From a virus: DNA of 36,286 nucleotides. The notes beneath the pieces were generated by a model, which saw only the letters and a list, made by a program, of their open reading frames with translations, ran no database searches and was not told where the DNA came from. The stretch spans positions 1-36,286 of the IMG/VR virus record IMGVR_UViG_3300008255_000077; one strand, written 5' to 3'. Below are positions 16,902 through 25,795 of this stretch, in pieces. Each line of letters starts with the position of its first letter. Positions within the stretch are counted from its first letter, which is position 1. Position numbers and translations under genes: made by a program.

Positions 16902-17879
16902 TTACAGGCCGGTCAAAGTAGCGGCAGCGCCGTCTTCGATCACGTCCAGGCCAGCGATGGCAAAGTACGACTCGACGTAGTACTTGAAGCCGCGCTGGTC
17001 GATGCTCGACACGTTCAACGGCACCGGCAGGCGGAACTGCATACCGCGACGGTTCTGCGACAGGGCCACAGTGACCGAGGTGCCGCCCACATTTTCGGCT
17101 TTGTCAGTCACGCCAAAGGTGATGGTCGGGAAGTTCATTTGCAGAGCGCGGAGTACCGACATTTCGGTGCCTGCGGTGTTCAGGAACTTCGACTGCGCAA
17201 TGTTGTAGACGCTGATCGGCATCACAACGTGAGTTGCCTTGTAAGCCGGAACGTTGAAAACGTTGGCCCACTGACGGTTGATCAGGTCTGCGATCTCCTG
17301 ATAAAGCTCGATGCCGGTAGCTAGTACGGCAGTTACGGCGGCGGTGTCAGTGTCCCAGCCAGTGTAGTTCAGAAGGCCACGGGTCTTCTGAGTGCCGTCG
17401 GTGCGCACCTGGCCGATATAGCCGATGGTGTCAATCTTGCGGTTGTAGATCTCGGCGTGAGCTTCGAGGAAACGGCCGGGCAAGTTGACGTTTTGCAGCT
17501 CGGCCTTTTTCAGCTCGATCTCGGACCAGTCGGATTCGGCTTCCAGGCTGAATACCGGGATGCTGTCGTCTTCGCCGGTCAGGGTGATCTTGCCGGTGGT
17601 GTTGGTGTTGGTGCCGCTTTCACGGAACTCACCAGCAATGGCCAGCTTCAGCTTTTTGATCGAGTCGCTGTATCCGCCCTCGTTGTTGACGGTGATGCCT
17701 TGCATGAGGAAAGTCAGCTCAGGGTATTCCTGAGTGAAAATCTCGGTGCTGAGGTGCTCAAGGTTGCGAGCGAGGATAATGCCGCCCGCATCAGTGAAGC
17801 GCTTCTTGGCATACGCTGCTTTGTCTTCAAAGCTCTTGACGTCGTAGAGCTTGAACGGGTCTTTCTTGATTGCGCTCAT
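16902..17879 (-). CDS. major capsid protein (DUF2184-type)
   Basis: 325 aa, after the DUF2213-type scaffold and the decoration gene. Size and order are typical of this head module. Confidence 0.85.
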   Translation of the reverse strand: MSAIKKDPFKLYDVKSFEDKAAYAKKRFTDAGGIILARNLEHLSTEIFTQEYPELTFLMQGITVNNEGGYSDSIKKLKLAIAGEFRESGTNTNTTGKITLTGEDDSIPVFSLEAESDWSEIELKKAELQNVNLPGRFLEAHAEIYNRKIDTIGYIGQVRTDGTQKTRGLLNYTGWDTDTAAVTAVLATGIELYQEIADLINRQWANVFNVPAYKATHVVMPISVYNIAQSKFLNTAGTEMSVLRALQMNFPTITFGVTDKAENVGGTSVTVALSQNRRGMQFRLPVPLNVSSIDQRGFKYYVESYFAIAGLDVIEDGAAATLTGL

Positions 17880-17882
17880 TGG

Positions 17883-18368
17883 TTAAACCCCAGTCAGATA
17901 TTTAGGAACCAGCACAAGCCAGACGTTAGCGGCCTTGGCTTCCCAGAACACGCAACCAGGAACGGCAACGTTGTTGAGCGCCACGGTGGTGGCCTTGCCG
18001 ATGTCTGCGCCAGCGATGTTCACTGCGTAGACTTGGCCGTACTTGGCCGGGGTGACGCCTGCAGGAACTTCGACAGTCACGAAACCGAAGTTGCAAACCT
18101 CAGCCACCTGATCCGGCGCGATGCCGAGCTTGGTGTAGGTTGCATTCTCGATTGCGCTGGCGATCTTGCGGCGGACAACGCCGGCAATAACCGGAGTGGC
18201 GGACACGTCCAGCAGATCGATAGAGCCGGTGTCGTACTTGACGAAGCGGCCAGGCACCAGGCCCTCTTCCCATACCTCGAAAGCAGAGACGCTGTGCGGG
18301 GCGGACGCGATGACTTCACCAGCCATCAGATCCGGTTGTTTTGCGAGTACAGTGTCGTTAAAGGCCAT
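17883..18368 (-). CDS. head decoration / cement-like protein
   Basis: 161 aa between the scaffold and major capsid genes. Confidence 0.5.
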   Translation of the reverse strand: MAFNDTVLAKQPDLMAGEVIASAPHSVSAFEVWEEGLVPGRFVKYDTGSIDLLDVSATPVIAGVVRRKIASAIENATYTKLGIAPDQVAEVCNFGFVTVEVPAGVTPAKYGQVYAVNIAGADIGKATTVALNNVAVPGCVFWEAKAANVWLVLVPKYLTGV

Positions 18369-18369
18369 T

Positions 18370-19458
18370 TTACTGGTCCTCCTTCAAGGATGCTTTGAGG
18401 CGAGCGGTGAGGCCGCCTTCCGCCTGGTGGTCAGCGAAGTTTTTGTAGTCCGCCGATGCCTTCTTCAGCAGCTTGAAGGCTACCGGCAACTCGGAGTCGG
18501 TGAACTGGGTCGCGCCATGCTCGGATGCCAGGGCGTCCCGCATGATCTGGACGGTGGACTTGTCGGCGAAGTTGTACGCCTCGTCAACGAAATCACGTGC
18601 CTTGTCGATCACGACTGCGTGAGCCTTGACGGCGGAAGCAACGGCACCTTTCACGGCGTCCTTGAATGCTGCGGAATCGGTAACGGCCATCGGCGCAACT
18701 TCCTCTTTCACTGCCGGCTCTTCGTCGGTAATTTCTTCAACGACCTCTGCCTCTGGCTCGGAAGGCTTGACGCCTACAGCTTCGGCAATGGCCATGATTT
18801 CTTGAAGTGCCGGCAACAGCTCTTGGAGCTTATCGACTGGCACGCTCTTGATCGCTTCGGGAAGACCCGCAGCAATCTCGACAATCTGAGAGAGGCTGGC
18901 CGCCCCGTCAGCGTCGGTGAACGCCTTGTGCATCTTGGGCATGGTAGCCTCCTGGGTTGGTTTACGGTCGAGGAAGCGGCAGCCAGAGCCGCAGCGCCCT
19001 CTTTCTACTACTGCTAGGTGGGTGGGGATTATGTCGCGTTGCTCGAAATCGTATTTGTCGTGAGGGACAAGGTTGCCGGTGTAGCCAAGGGACAGTTCGC
19101 GCTTTCCGCTTTCAAGCTGGCCTTGGATTTCCGGGGCTACCGAAATCATGTTTCGGATCGCAAGAGTCGAGGCGGTCGATGTGTCGAAGGCGTCAACAAG
19201 GCTGGCGGACTTCACGCGGCTTGTGGCGTCACTGTCTTCGGTGCCTGGCTCGATATGCTCGCTCAGCAGGGGAATGCCCGGCATCAGGCTTGCGGCGCTG
19301 GCGATGGTTGCGGGGCTGCGGTAGACGTAGAAAATACGGTCTTCCGGCTCCATGCCCAGCTCGCTGCCGAGGTATTCCAATACGCCGTCACGGACGCTAA
19401 TGGCGGACTTCATTGCGCCGTCATAAGTAACCGTGTCACTGAACGTCAAGTTTTTCAT
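18370..19458 (-). CDS. scaffold / prohead core protein (DUF2213-like)
   Basis: The N-terminal part (DGVLEYLGSELGMEPEDRIFYVYRSP) is followed by an acidic, helical C-terminal half. I chose the start MKNLTF (19458). The ORF also extends to a GTG at 19497. Confidence 0.7.
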   Translation of the reverse strand: MKNLTFSDTVTYDGAMKSAISVRDGVLEYLGSELGMEPEDRIFYVYRSPATIASAASLMPGIPLLSEHIEPGTEDSDATSRVKSASLVDAFDTSTASTLAIRNMISVAPEIQGQLESGKRELSLGYTGNLVPHDKYDFEQRDIIPTHLAVVERGRCGSGCRFLDRKPTQEATMPKMHKAFTDADGAASLSQIVEIAAGLPEAIKSVPVDKLQELLPALQEIMAIAEAVGVKPSEPEAEVVEEITDEEPAVKEEVAPMAVTDSAAFKDAVKGAVASAVKAHAVVIDKARDFVDEAYNFADKSTVQIMRDALASEHGATQFTDSELPVAFKLLKKASADYKNFADHQAEGGLTARLKASLKEDQ

Positions 19459-19519
19459 GTTTTGGCCATGGCATGATTCTTGCGAATGATAGCGCACAAG
19501 CGCGCAAAATCAAACAATG

Positions 19520-20383
19520 CTATTGCGGCTGAATTGGCAGGTCAGTCCCGCCCTCATACCAGTCAAGGTGATATTCCGCGCGCGAGGTCGTGGTTCCTGT
19601 GTTTGATACCGCTATGATGAACTCAGTATTGGCCGGCAAGATGCGCTCACGCCCCGTCAGAGCCATCGCGACCGTTTGCTGTGGCGTGGTTTTCGCCCCG
19701 TAAAAATACTCTGGATCAGCTAGCAGCGTGCCGTCTGAAACGGTTGTTACGCCCTTCAACGCCTGAACGGTGGTCGCAGTTGGCGACACGCCGTTGTAGT
19801 TGTTTATCGCCAGGGCGGTTCCGCCAGTGACCGTAGTTGGTCCACTGTAAAGACTGATCCGCATTTCTTCAGCGATGTATTGGAACTCGCGCTTTTTGAT
19901 AATGACCGGCTTTGAATTGGTCTTAAACCAAATCTTTCGTGTTCCGCTTATTGCTATTTCATCGGTCAGTGGCCAGGACGCGCGAAGGAAGAATTGCAGG
20001 CCATTCTTGATGTTGGCTTCTGAGTAAAACTGAACAGTCTCAGCGCGAAGACCGGTATAGGCGCCATCAGGAACAAGCGGCATCGGTTCATTGGTGCGCC
20101 ATACCAGAATGCGGTAGGTGGTGTACCCGGACACTCCAGACAGGTCGACCATAACCCTGGATGCCGGCCCGTTGAATCTCCACTCACCGACAGCGAACGG
20201 ATAAACCGTTTTCCACACATTCCCAGTCTCGTACAGACTGTGGAATACAAGCGGAATGCCAGTGACGGCGACGGGATCTCCAGCGCCATCGTAGAACATG
20301 AAGGCAACAAGCGCGCCGTCCCAGTCGAACGACATAACAGGGCTGATGGTTTCGCCGTTCTCGATGAAAAATCGCGCGCTCAT
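19520..20383 (-). CDS. hypothetical all-beta protein (AT-rich insertion in the head module)
   Basis: 287-aa ORF with a clean frame between the MuF-like and scaffold genes. No motif was recognised. Local GC is clearly lower than in the flanks. Confidence 0.6.
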   Translation of the reverse strand: MSARFFIENGETISPVMSFDWDGALVAFMFYDGAGDPVAVTGIPLVFHSLYETGNVWKTVYPFAVGEWRFNGPASRVMVDLSGVSGYTTYRILVWRTNEPMPLVPDGAYTGLRAETVQFYSEANIKNGLQFFLRASWPLTDEIAISGTRKIWFKTNSKPVIIKKREFQYIAEEMRISLYSGPTTVTGGTALAINNYNGVSPTATTVQALKGVTTVSDGTLLADPEYFYGAKTTPQQTVAMALTGRERILPANTEFIIAVSNTGTTTSRAEYHLDWYEGGTDLPIQPQ

Positions 20384-20384
20384 T

Positions 20385-21257
20385 TTATTCCTCGGCTGGA
20401 ATGATCAGCTCTTGATCACAGCGGCAGTTGTAGTCAGTTCCGACTAGCAGGAACTTACCATCCACAGAGGAATACAGACCTTCTGCAAGGTCAAAAGTTT
20501 TGCCGTCTCGGTCAGCATGTGAAGGGCGCACCCGCTCGTCTCCAGCGGTACGCCATATGGCCTGCGTGATTCCGAGATTCTGCGCGCGAATCTTGGTAGA
20601 TATGGCGTTGTAATTCTGCACCTGATTTCGCGCAAGAAACCTGGCATGGTTTTTGCGTTCGCTCACTATCCCGCTGAAATTATCGACGATAGTGTCTAGT
20701 GATTCCCCCTGCGTCATCGCGAACAGCGTGTTGTTGGTGAACGACTCAAGCGACTCATCGCGCAGCTTCTTGACCCATTGCGCCGTTTCCAGCATCAGCG
20801 CATTGGTCGTAGACTTCAGCCCTTCGCGCGCTATGAGGTCTTTGACGTCGATCCCGACCTTTGCCGCGATCCGGCTGTAAAACGCCTCACGCGACTTCCT
20901 GTCTAGTTTGCTGAGCTGCTTGCGGGTCTCGGCCTCGATGCGCGTGTCGTCGAACTGCTTCAGCAGCTTACGCTTGGTCTTCTTGGCCAGGCGCAGGAGA
21001 ATTGCCGCGAAGTTCCCGGTCTGCGCATCTTTGAATGCGTGACGGGATAGCGTGACAGCATCGGCAGGATCTAGCGCCTCGTCGGCGAACTTATCCACAG
21101 TGCTGACATTGAGCTGATCGAGGACTTGATTGCGGAACCGCTGCGCCATCTGCTCGACCATGAACGACAGGAAATCGCCCATCTCGTTCTCGATGGATCG
21201 CGGCGACTTCGGCGACTTGATCGGCGTTGGCTTCTCGGCTTTTATTTCGCGCTTCAC
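20385..21257 (-). CDS. head morphogenesis protein (Mu F / SPP1 gp7-like)
   Basis: The C-terminal signature WRTAGDERVRPSHADRDGKTF...CRC is typical of the Phage_Mu_F family. It follows the portal gene. Confidence 0.85.
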   Translation of the reverse strand: MKREIKAEKPTPIKSPKSPRSIENEMGDFLSFMVEQMAQRFRNQVLDQLNVSTVDKFADEALDPADAVTLSRHAFKDAQTGNFAAILLRLAKKTKRKLLKQFDDTRIEAETRKQLSKLDRKSREAFYSRIAAKVGIDVKDLIAREGLKSTTNALMLETAQWVKKLRDESLESFTNNTLFAMTQGESLDTIVDNFSGIVSERKNHARFLARNQVQNYNAISTKIRAQNLGITQAIWRTAGDERVRPSHADRDGKTFDLAEGLYSSVDGKFLLVGTDYNCRCDQELIIPAEE

Positions 21258-22456
21258 AGCATGCCGCCTTCTTCACCCTGGTCATCAACGGGAGGCTTGA
21301 ACAGATCCGCCCACGGGTCATCCTTGATGATGTCGTGTTCTTTCAGGTAGCCCCGGAAGTCCTCGCCAAGCGCGTCCAGCTTCAGCGCGTTGTCGATGGC
21401 CTTGGTCTCGAACTCAAGTCGCTCTAACGCAGTCCCTCCCTGGTTATCCTTGAACTTGACGCCATCGATACCGTAGATAGCGCAGAGCTGCTGGATAGGG
21501 TCGAGAAGGTAGTCGTATTGCAGGCACTCGGTCATGTCCTGGAACGACTGGCGCTCTTGCGTGCCGGCGCTGTTCAGGCCTTTGACGCTCTCGCCGATCA
21601 GGATCGGCAGCGGAATCGACGTAACCAAGGCCAGGCGGCGAAGCGTGATCTGGTCAACGTCTGCCAGGTTGGTTAGCGCCTGGGCAACGCTTATAACGTC
21701 ATCCTCTGCATCGATCAGGCCGTCACCGTAGATGCTGCGCAGGTCGGCAAGCTTGGCGTAATACTCGACTAGGGCGTCGTCATCACCGCAGCGCACAGCA
21801 TCTTTGAACCCGGCGACCTTGTGGAATAGCGTGCTGTTCTTCTCGACGATAGTGCCTGAGGCTCGCTCGACGATCCCGTCATTGATCATTTGCGCGTGGA
21901 TCAGCTCAAACTCGCTGACGCCGCCATAGTTGTAAGTCGGCAGGTCTTGCTCGGCCGGCATGAAGTACGTGAAGTCGATCACGCGCGAGTGGTGGAAGGT
22001 CTTACCGTTGACGCTGTAGGCTCTCGGCTTCTGGTATCGCTCGTCGTTCAGGTCGCGGGAAACGTCCTGTGCGGTGATCATGTCGCCGCTGAACACGTCC
22101 AGCTTGACGCGCTCAAGGTTGAACGATGCGGCCGGCTTGGAGTGATCCGCGCCGCGCTCATTGATCAGGATGATCCCCCGCCCGAAGCCAAGCATGAACT
22201 TGGCGGCCTTCTTGACCGCGCGTTCTAGCTTCTGCTCATACAGCGCCTGGTCCTTGTCGGCCTTGAATTGCAGCGTGTCATTGAGCGAGTACCCGGCCTT
22301 GATGCGGATAATCTTCGACCCGAGGCCCGTGCGGAATATCTCGCGCAGCTCACTGCCGCTCAGCGAGTTAGCCGTTATGACGTTCGCAGAAACCGCGCTG
22401 CGACGGTTTGCCAGCTTGTTGATGATGTTGGTCAGGCCATCGGTGAAACGGCTCAT
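21254..22456 (-). CDS. portal protein (DUF1073-type)
   Basis: 400 aa between the large terminase and MuF-like genes, coupled by ATGA overlaps at both ends. Confidence 0.85.
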   Translation of the reverse strand: MSRFTDGLTNIINKLANRRSAVSANVITANSLSGSELREIFRTGLGSKIIRIKAGYSLNDTLQFKADKDQALYEQKLERAVKKAAKFMLGFGRGIILINERGADHSKPAASFNLERVKLDVFSGDMITAQDVSRDLNDERYQKPRAYSVNGKTFHHSRVIDFTYFMPAEQDLPTYNYGGVSEFELIHAQMINDGIVERASGTIVEKNSTLFHKVAGFKDAVRCGDDDALVEYYAKLADLRSIYGDGLIDAEDDVISVAQALTNLADVDQITLRRLALVTSIPLPILIGESVKGLNSAGTQERQSFQDMTECLQYDYLLDPIQQLCAIYGIDGVKFKDNQGGTALERLEFETKAIDNALKLDALGEDFRGYLKEHDIIKDDPWADLFKPPVDDQGEEGGML

Positions 22457-23709
22457 AGGAGTTTCCTGTAGTCGCGCCTGGCGCGTTTCATGATTGGCTG
22501 AAGCGCGTAGCGTATGGCGTCAATGTAGTGGTTCCAGGCGTCAACGATAACAGAGGTCACCTCTTCGGTCAGCCTGTCTACCTTGTAACTGTAGCGCTGG
22601 AATTCCTTCACCGTGTTCACGCAGCGCGGGTGAATAACCACCTTGCCGAATGATCGAATGAAGGCGACCCCATCTTCCACGCTCCCCTTGCCTTTTTCAA
22701 CTGGCACGATTCTTGCCAAATGCTTTCGCTTGTTGGTTTCGTCCGCTCGGCGCAGGTAGCTGATCGACTCAGGCCTGGCCGAGTCAGCGCGCACAGCCTC
22801 AAGCTCAAAGTTCGGGATACGCTCACACAGGAAGTCGGCAGTGTGGTCAAGTTCAAGACCAACCTTGCCGGCCTCATACTCGATGTACAGGCAGTCGCCA
22901 TGTATCCAGCATTGAACGCCTGCGGTTGGGTCTTGCGAGAAACCGAAGTCAAGCCCGTTGTATGGGCCATCCCACAGCTTGCCATGCTCAAACTCGCGAA
23001 CCTCGAATTTGTTGGCGAAGATCTGCGCGTCGGAGTTCTTGCGAAACTGGCCTTCCCATATCCATTCGTATGTTGCGCCGTCCAGTCGATTGAAGTCGGA
23101 CAGGCGCTCCTGCTCCAGCACGTCGGGAAACCACGGATTGTCCGAATAGTTCATTTCGACAATGCGGGAGTTCTCAGGGTCATCCGATCCGAAGCGCTTG
23201 TTCGTCGGGCTATCCTCGCGCTCAGGGTTCCAGGTTATCCACACCTCGGACCCTTCCTCGCGCACGGTGGGTAGCAGCTTCTGCCAGGCTACCTCTGACA
23301 CGCCTTCTGCCTCGTCCACCCAGGCGATAAGGATGCGAGCCTTTGACTTGATGCTGTCGAGGTTGTGGCGCAGGCCGGCGAACACGTAGGACACTTTCCG
23401 ATTGCGCGTCCTGATGTACTTCTCGCCAATTTCAAAGTAGGAATCAAGCCACGGAGTCTCGCGGATCGCCTGCTTGATTTCCTCCATGCTGGAATCTTCA
23501 AGCGAGTTCATGAACTCACGGCCGCAGAGGATAACGCCGCTCGCCCCAGCCTCTGCAAACATGTAGGCGCGGACGGCTGTCATCTTGGCGAAGGTGCGGG
23601 TCTTTGCCGATCCCCTACCGCCCTTTGCGCCCCGGTAGCGAGACGCCCCAGTAAAGACCGGGATCAGCTTAGGTGGGATTTCAAGGCTTACCTTCACTTG
23701 GCCCCACAA
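22453..23709 (-). CDS. terminase large subunit (PBSX/Terminase_3-6-like)
   Basis: It has a Walker A-like motif (GAKGGRGSAKT), the ATPase motif ILIAWVDEAE, and a C-terminal nuclease part. The start may be a few codons downstream of 23709. Confidence 0.9.
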   Translation of the reverse strand: MWGQVKVSLEIPPKLIPVFTGASRYRGAKGGRGSAKTRTFAKMTAVRAYMFAEAGASGVILCGREFMNSLEDSSMEEIKQAIRETPWLDSYFEIGEKYIRTRNRKVSYVFAGLRHNLDSIKSKARILIAWVDEAEGVSEVAWQKLLPTVREEGSEVWITWNPEREDSPTNKRFGSDDPENSRIVEMNYSDNPWFPDVLEQERLSDFNRLDGATYEWIWEGQFRKNSDAQIFANKFEVREFEHGKLWDGPYNGLDFGFSQDPTAGVQCWIHGDCLYIEYEAGKVGLELDHTADFLCERIPNFELEAVRADSARPESISYLRRADETNKRKHLARIVPVEKGKGSVEDGVAFIRSFGKVVIHPRCVNTVKEFQRYSYKVDRLTEEVTSVIVDAWNHYIDAIRYALQPIMKRARRDYRKLL

Positions 23710-24067
23710 GCTCTACCATGGTCGGGCCTGGCGTCATGCTGTTGTCGCTGCTGGTATGGTCCTGTTGCAGCTTGTCGCTGTAGCCATGGTTTGCCAGTAG
23801 AAGCTTGACAATGGTGCTGTTCAAGTCACCCTTGAGGCCACCGTTAAGACTGATCCGCTCTTGCAGATGAGCAATCTTGTCTAACGTGCCCAAAAACTCA
23901 GGATGCTTTTCCCAGTTCGATAGGGTGCTACGACTCACATTCAAGTCCAAAGCCAGGCCAGCCCTACTAGGGACAACGTCACCGGCATCGATGAATCCGC
24001 CCTCTGCATAGGCGTCAGCGCGAGCCTGTATTTCTTCGTTGTAGTCGGTTGGCCTAGCCATGGTCAC
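23681..24067 (-). CDS. terminase small subunit
   Basis: 128 aa with an HTH (RAGLALDLNVSRSTLSNWEKH), immediately upstream of the large terminase gene. Confidence 0.7.
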   Translation of the reverse strand: MTMARPTDYNEEIQARADAYAEGGFIDAGDVVPSRAGLALDLNVSRSTLSNWEKHPEFLGTLDKIAHLQERISLNGGLKGDLNSTIVKLLLANHGYSDKLQQDHTSSDNSMTPGPTMVELVGPSEGKP

Positions 24068-24261
24068 GCTTCCCGCTTATTACGACGCCCACGGATCACG
24101 CAGGCCACCGAAATGGCGATCAGCGCGAAAGACACGGAGAGCGCGTTAGGGTCAAGTGATGCGCCTTGGCCGAACGGGAACTTGGCAATCCCGACGATCA
24201 TGAGGATCACGGCCAGCATGTAATAGCGCTTGGTCGGTTGCTTCTTGGTTTGGTTGCTCAT
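24064..24261 (-). CDS. small membrane protein (2 TM), first gene of the structural string
   Basis: 65 aa with two hydrophobic segments. It has a good SD (GAGGTG) and is coupled by ATGA to the small terminase gene. Confidence 0.55.
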   Translation of the reverse strand: MSNQTKKQPTKRYYMLAVILMIVGIAKFPFGQGASLDPNALSVSFALIAISVACVIRGRRNKREA

Positions 24262-24343
24262 AACTCACCTCTGTTATTCACCTGTAAGGATTGCGCCAGG
24301 CCGCAGGTGTTCGGCTTTTCGAGGATCAGTCTAGGCGCAGTTG

Positions 24344-24349
24344 ATTATA
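24344..24349 (-). promoter_or_regulatory. perfect -10 hexamer TATAAT without a canonical -35 (candidate late or activator-dependent promoter)
   Basis: The minus strand reads ...CATTTGCCTTCTGCATAAGGTATAATCAAC. The hexamer at 17-nt spacing is GGGCAT, and TTGCCT lies only 11 nt upstream. Confidence 0.3.
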
Positions 24350-24375
24350 CCTTATGCAGAAGGCAAATGCCCGCT

Positions 24376-24636
24376 CTACGCCTTGCGCGGCAACTCAGTC
24401 AGACGCGCCAGCCCGATATCGTTCATCAAGTCAGCATTGTGGATAAGTCGGCTGATGAGATCTTGCGGCTCCTCGATCCCGGCTCGGACCATGCAGCGAA
24501 TCAACGCAGCATCGGTTGAGTGGTACAGCGGAAGCTTGATTGTTCGGCTTAGGAGCCTAGCCAGCCGATCTTCCTCGGCCATCGCATCACGCTCACGCTG
24601 CTCCTGCTTTCGCTGTGTTGCTGATTTTGCTGTCAT
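24376..24636 (-). CDS. hypothetical protein
   Basis: The start MTAKSATQRK lies 2 nt after the methyltransferase stop. 86 aa with a basic N-terminus. Confidence 0.55.
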   Translation of the reverse strand: MTAKSATQRKQEQRERDAMAEEDRLARLLSRTIKLPLYHSTDAALIRCMVRAGIEEPQDLISRLIHNADLMNDIGLARLTELPRKA

Positions 24637-24638
24637 GG

Positions 24639-25307
24639 TCAAACCCCCTCGCAAGCTATAGGTAATTCCTGGCTGCCTGCATCACCAAATATATCGAGCT
24701 GCCTCGTCTCAAAATCAAAGCGCTTGCAAGCAGCCTGGTAGTAATCCTGGTCAAGCTCGATTCCGACAAATTCAAACCCGGCGTAGTGCGCAGCGATTGC
24801 GCTGGATCCACTGCCTAGGTGCGTGTCTACGATCTTGTCGCCTGGCTTTGCGTAGTTCGACAGCAGCCACTGGTAGAGCTTTACGGGCTTTTGGGTTGGG
24901 TGGATGCGCACGATATCCGCGCCAATAAATCCATCAAAACGGATCGGTGCCTTTTTAATGACATTCAGAAAGCTTGTCCATGCCAGCTCCCCGTCCGCAA
25001 AAGAAACGTCTTTTCCACGCTCCTTGTCCCAGAATATCCAGCCGCCAGTCGACGGCAAGTCAAAATAATTGCCGCCCCATATGATCTGCTTGGATGACAC
25101 CCTGGACAGCTCTGCGAAGTATTCAGGCGTCGGAACGGACAAATCCCACTCCTTTCCCTTTTTCCACTGCTTATCTTTGCCTTTGCCCATCTGCATGTTT
25201 GCCGCATTGATCCCATACGGAGGGTCGACAATCGCCAGCTCAAACGCTTTATCAGGCATGCCGCGCATGTAGTCCATGCAGTCGCCCTGTATCAGTTCAA
25301 TTCCCAC
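24639..25307 (-). CDS. DNA methyltransferase, N6-A/N4-C family, beta-class motif order (orphan)
   Basis: Motif IV (DPPY) lies near the N-terminus, followed by HPTQKPVKLYQWLL and VDTHLGSGSSAIAA (an AdoMet motif I-like element). No partner endonuclease is present. The likely start is GTG 25307, 6 nt after GGAGGA. The ORF opens at TTG 25313. Confidence 0.85.
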   Translation of the reverse strand: MGIELIQGDCMDYMRGMPDKAFELAIVDPPYGINAANMQMGKGKDKQWKKGKEWDLSVPTPEYFAELSRVSSKQIIWGGNYFDLPSTGGWIFWDKERGKDVSFADGELAWTSFLNVIKKAPIRFDGFIGADIVRIHPTQKPVKLYQWLLSNYAKPGDKIVDTHLGSGSSAIAAHYAGFEFVGIELDQDYYQAACKRFDFETRQLDIFGDAGSQELPIACEGV

Positions 25308-25309
25308 GC

Positions 25310-25795
25310 TCAATCCTCCAGATTCGTCGACGGGCCACGCTTGAATGAATGCTCGCGCACAAGCCTGGCAATGTAATTTGGGGCTTTATCCACCGCATCA
25401 GCAATCGATGCTATTTTCATGCCGGTCGCTGCCAGCACCTCGATCCGATCCAGCAGCGCCTGATTCTTCTGCACAGGGCCGGCAAAGGTCAGCCCATACT
25501 CTTTAGTCAGCCTGCCGAGAGCGTGGCGTGTGATGCCCATATGCTCGGCCGCTGCTCGGGCTGGCATGTGGCTCAGCTCCCGCGCCTGCTCTGCCAGGTT
25601 CTCGCGGGTCTTGCGCTGGCGCTCATGGATTTCTTCGGTCGTCTCCGGCAGCCCGGCGATGTCCTTGAACTCTTTGCGGTTCCGGGCCAGGTACAGCGCA
25701 TACCGGCGCGGGTGCTTTTCCGGGTCAAGGTCGGATGCGCAGCCGACTATGGCGCGCTGTTCTTCGTGGCTGGAATATCGTGGTGCTGCGATCAT
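25310..25795 (-). CDS. hypothetical protein with two HTH-like segments
   Basis: 161 aa. Candidate HTH segments are AAAEHMGITRHALGRLTKEYGL and MKIASIADAVDKAPNYIARLVRE. It is coupled by ATGA to the exonuclease gene. Confidence 0.55.
   Translation of the reverse strand: MIAAPRYSSHEEQRAIVGCASDLDPEKHPRRYALYLARNRKEFKDIAGLPETTEEIHERQRKTRENLAEQARELSHMPARAAAEHMGITRHALGRLTKEYGLTFAGPVQKNQALLDRIEVLAATGMKIASIADAVDKAPNYIARLVREHSFKRGPSTNLED

Noticed and set aside
17457-18398. 313-aa plus-strand ORF overlapping the capsid and decoration genes.
   Set aside because: It is an antisense shadow ORF with biased composition. The opposite strand encodes the well-supported capsid module.
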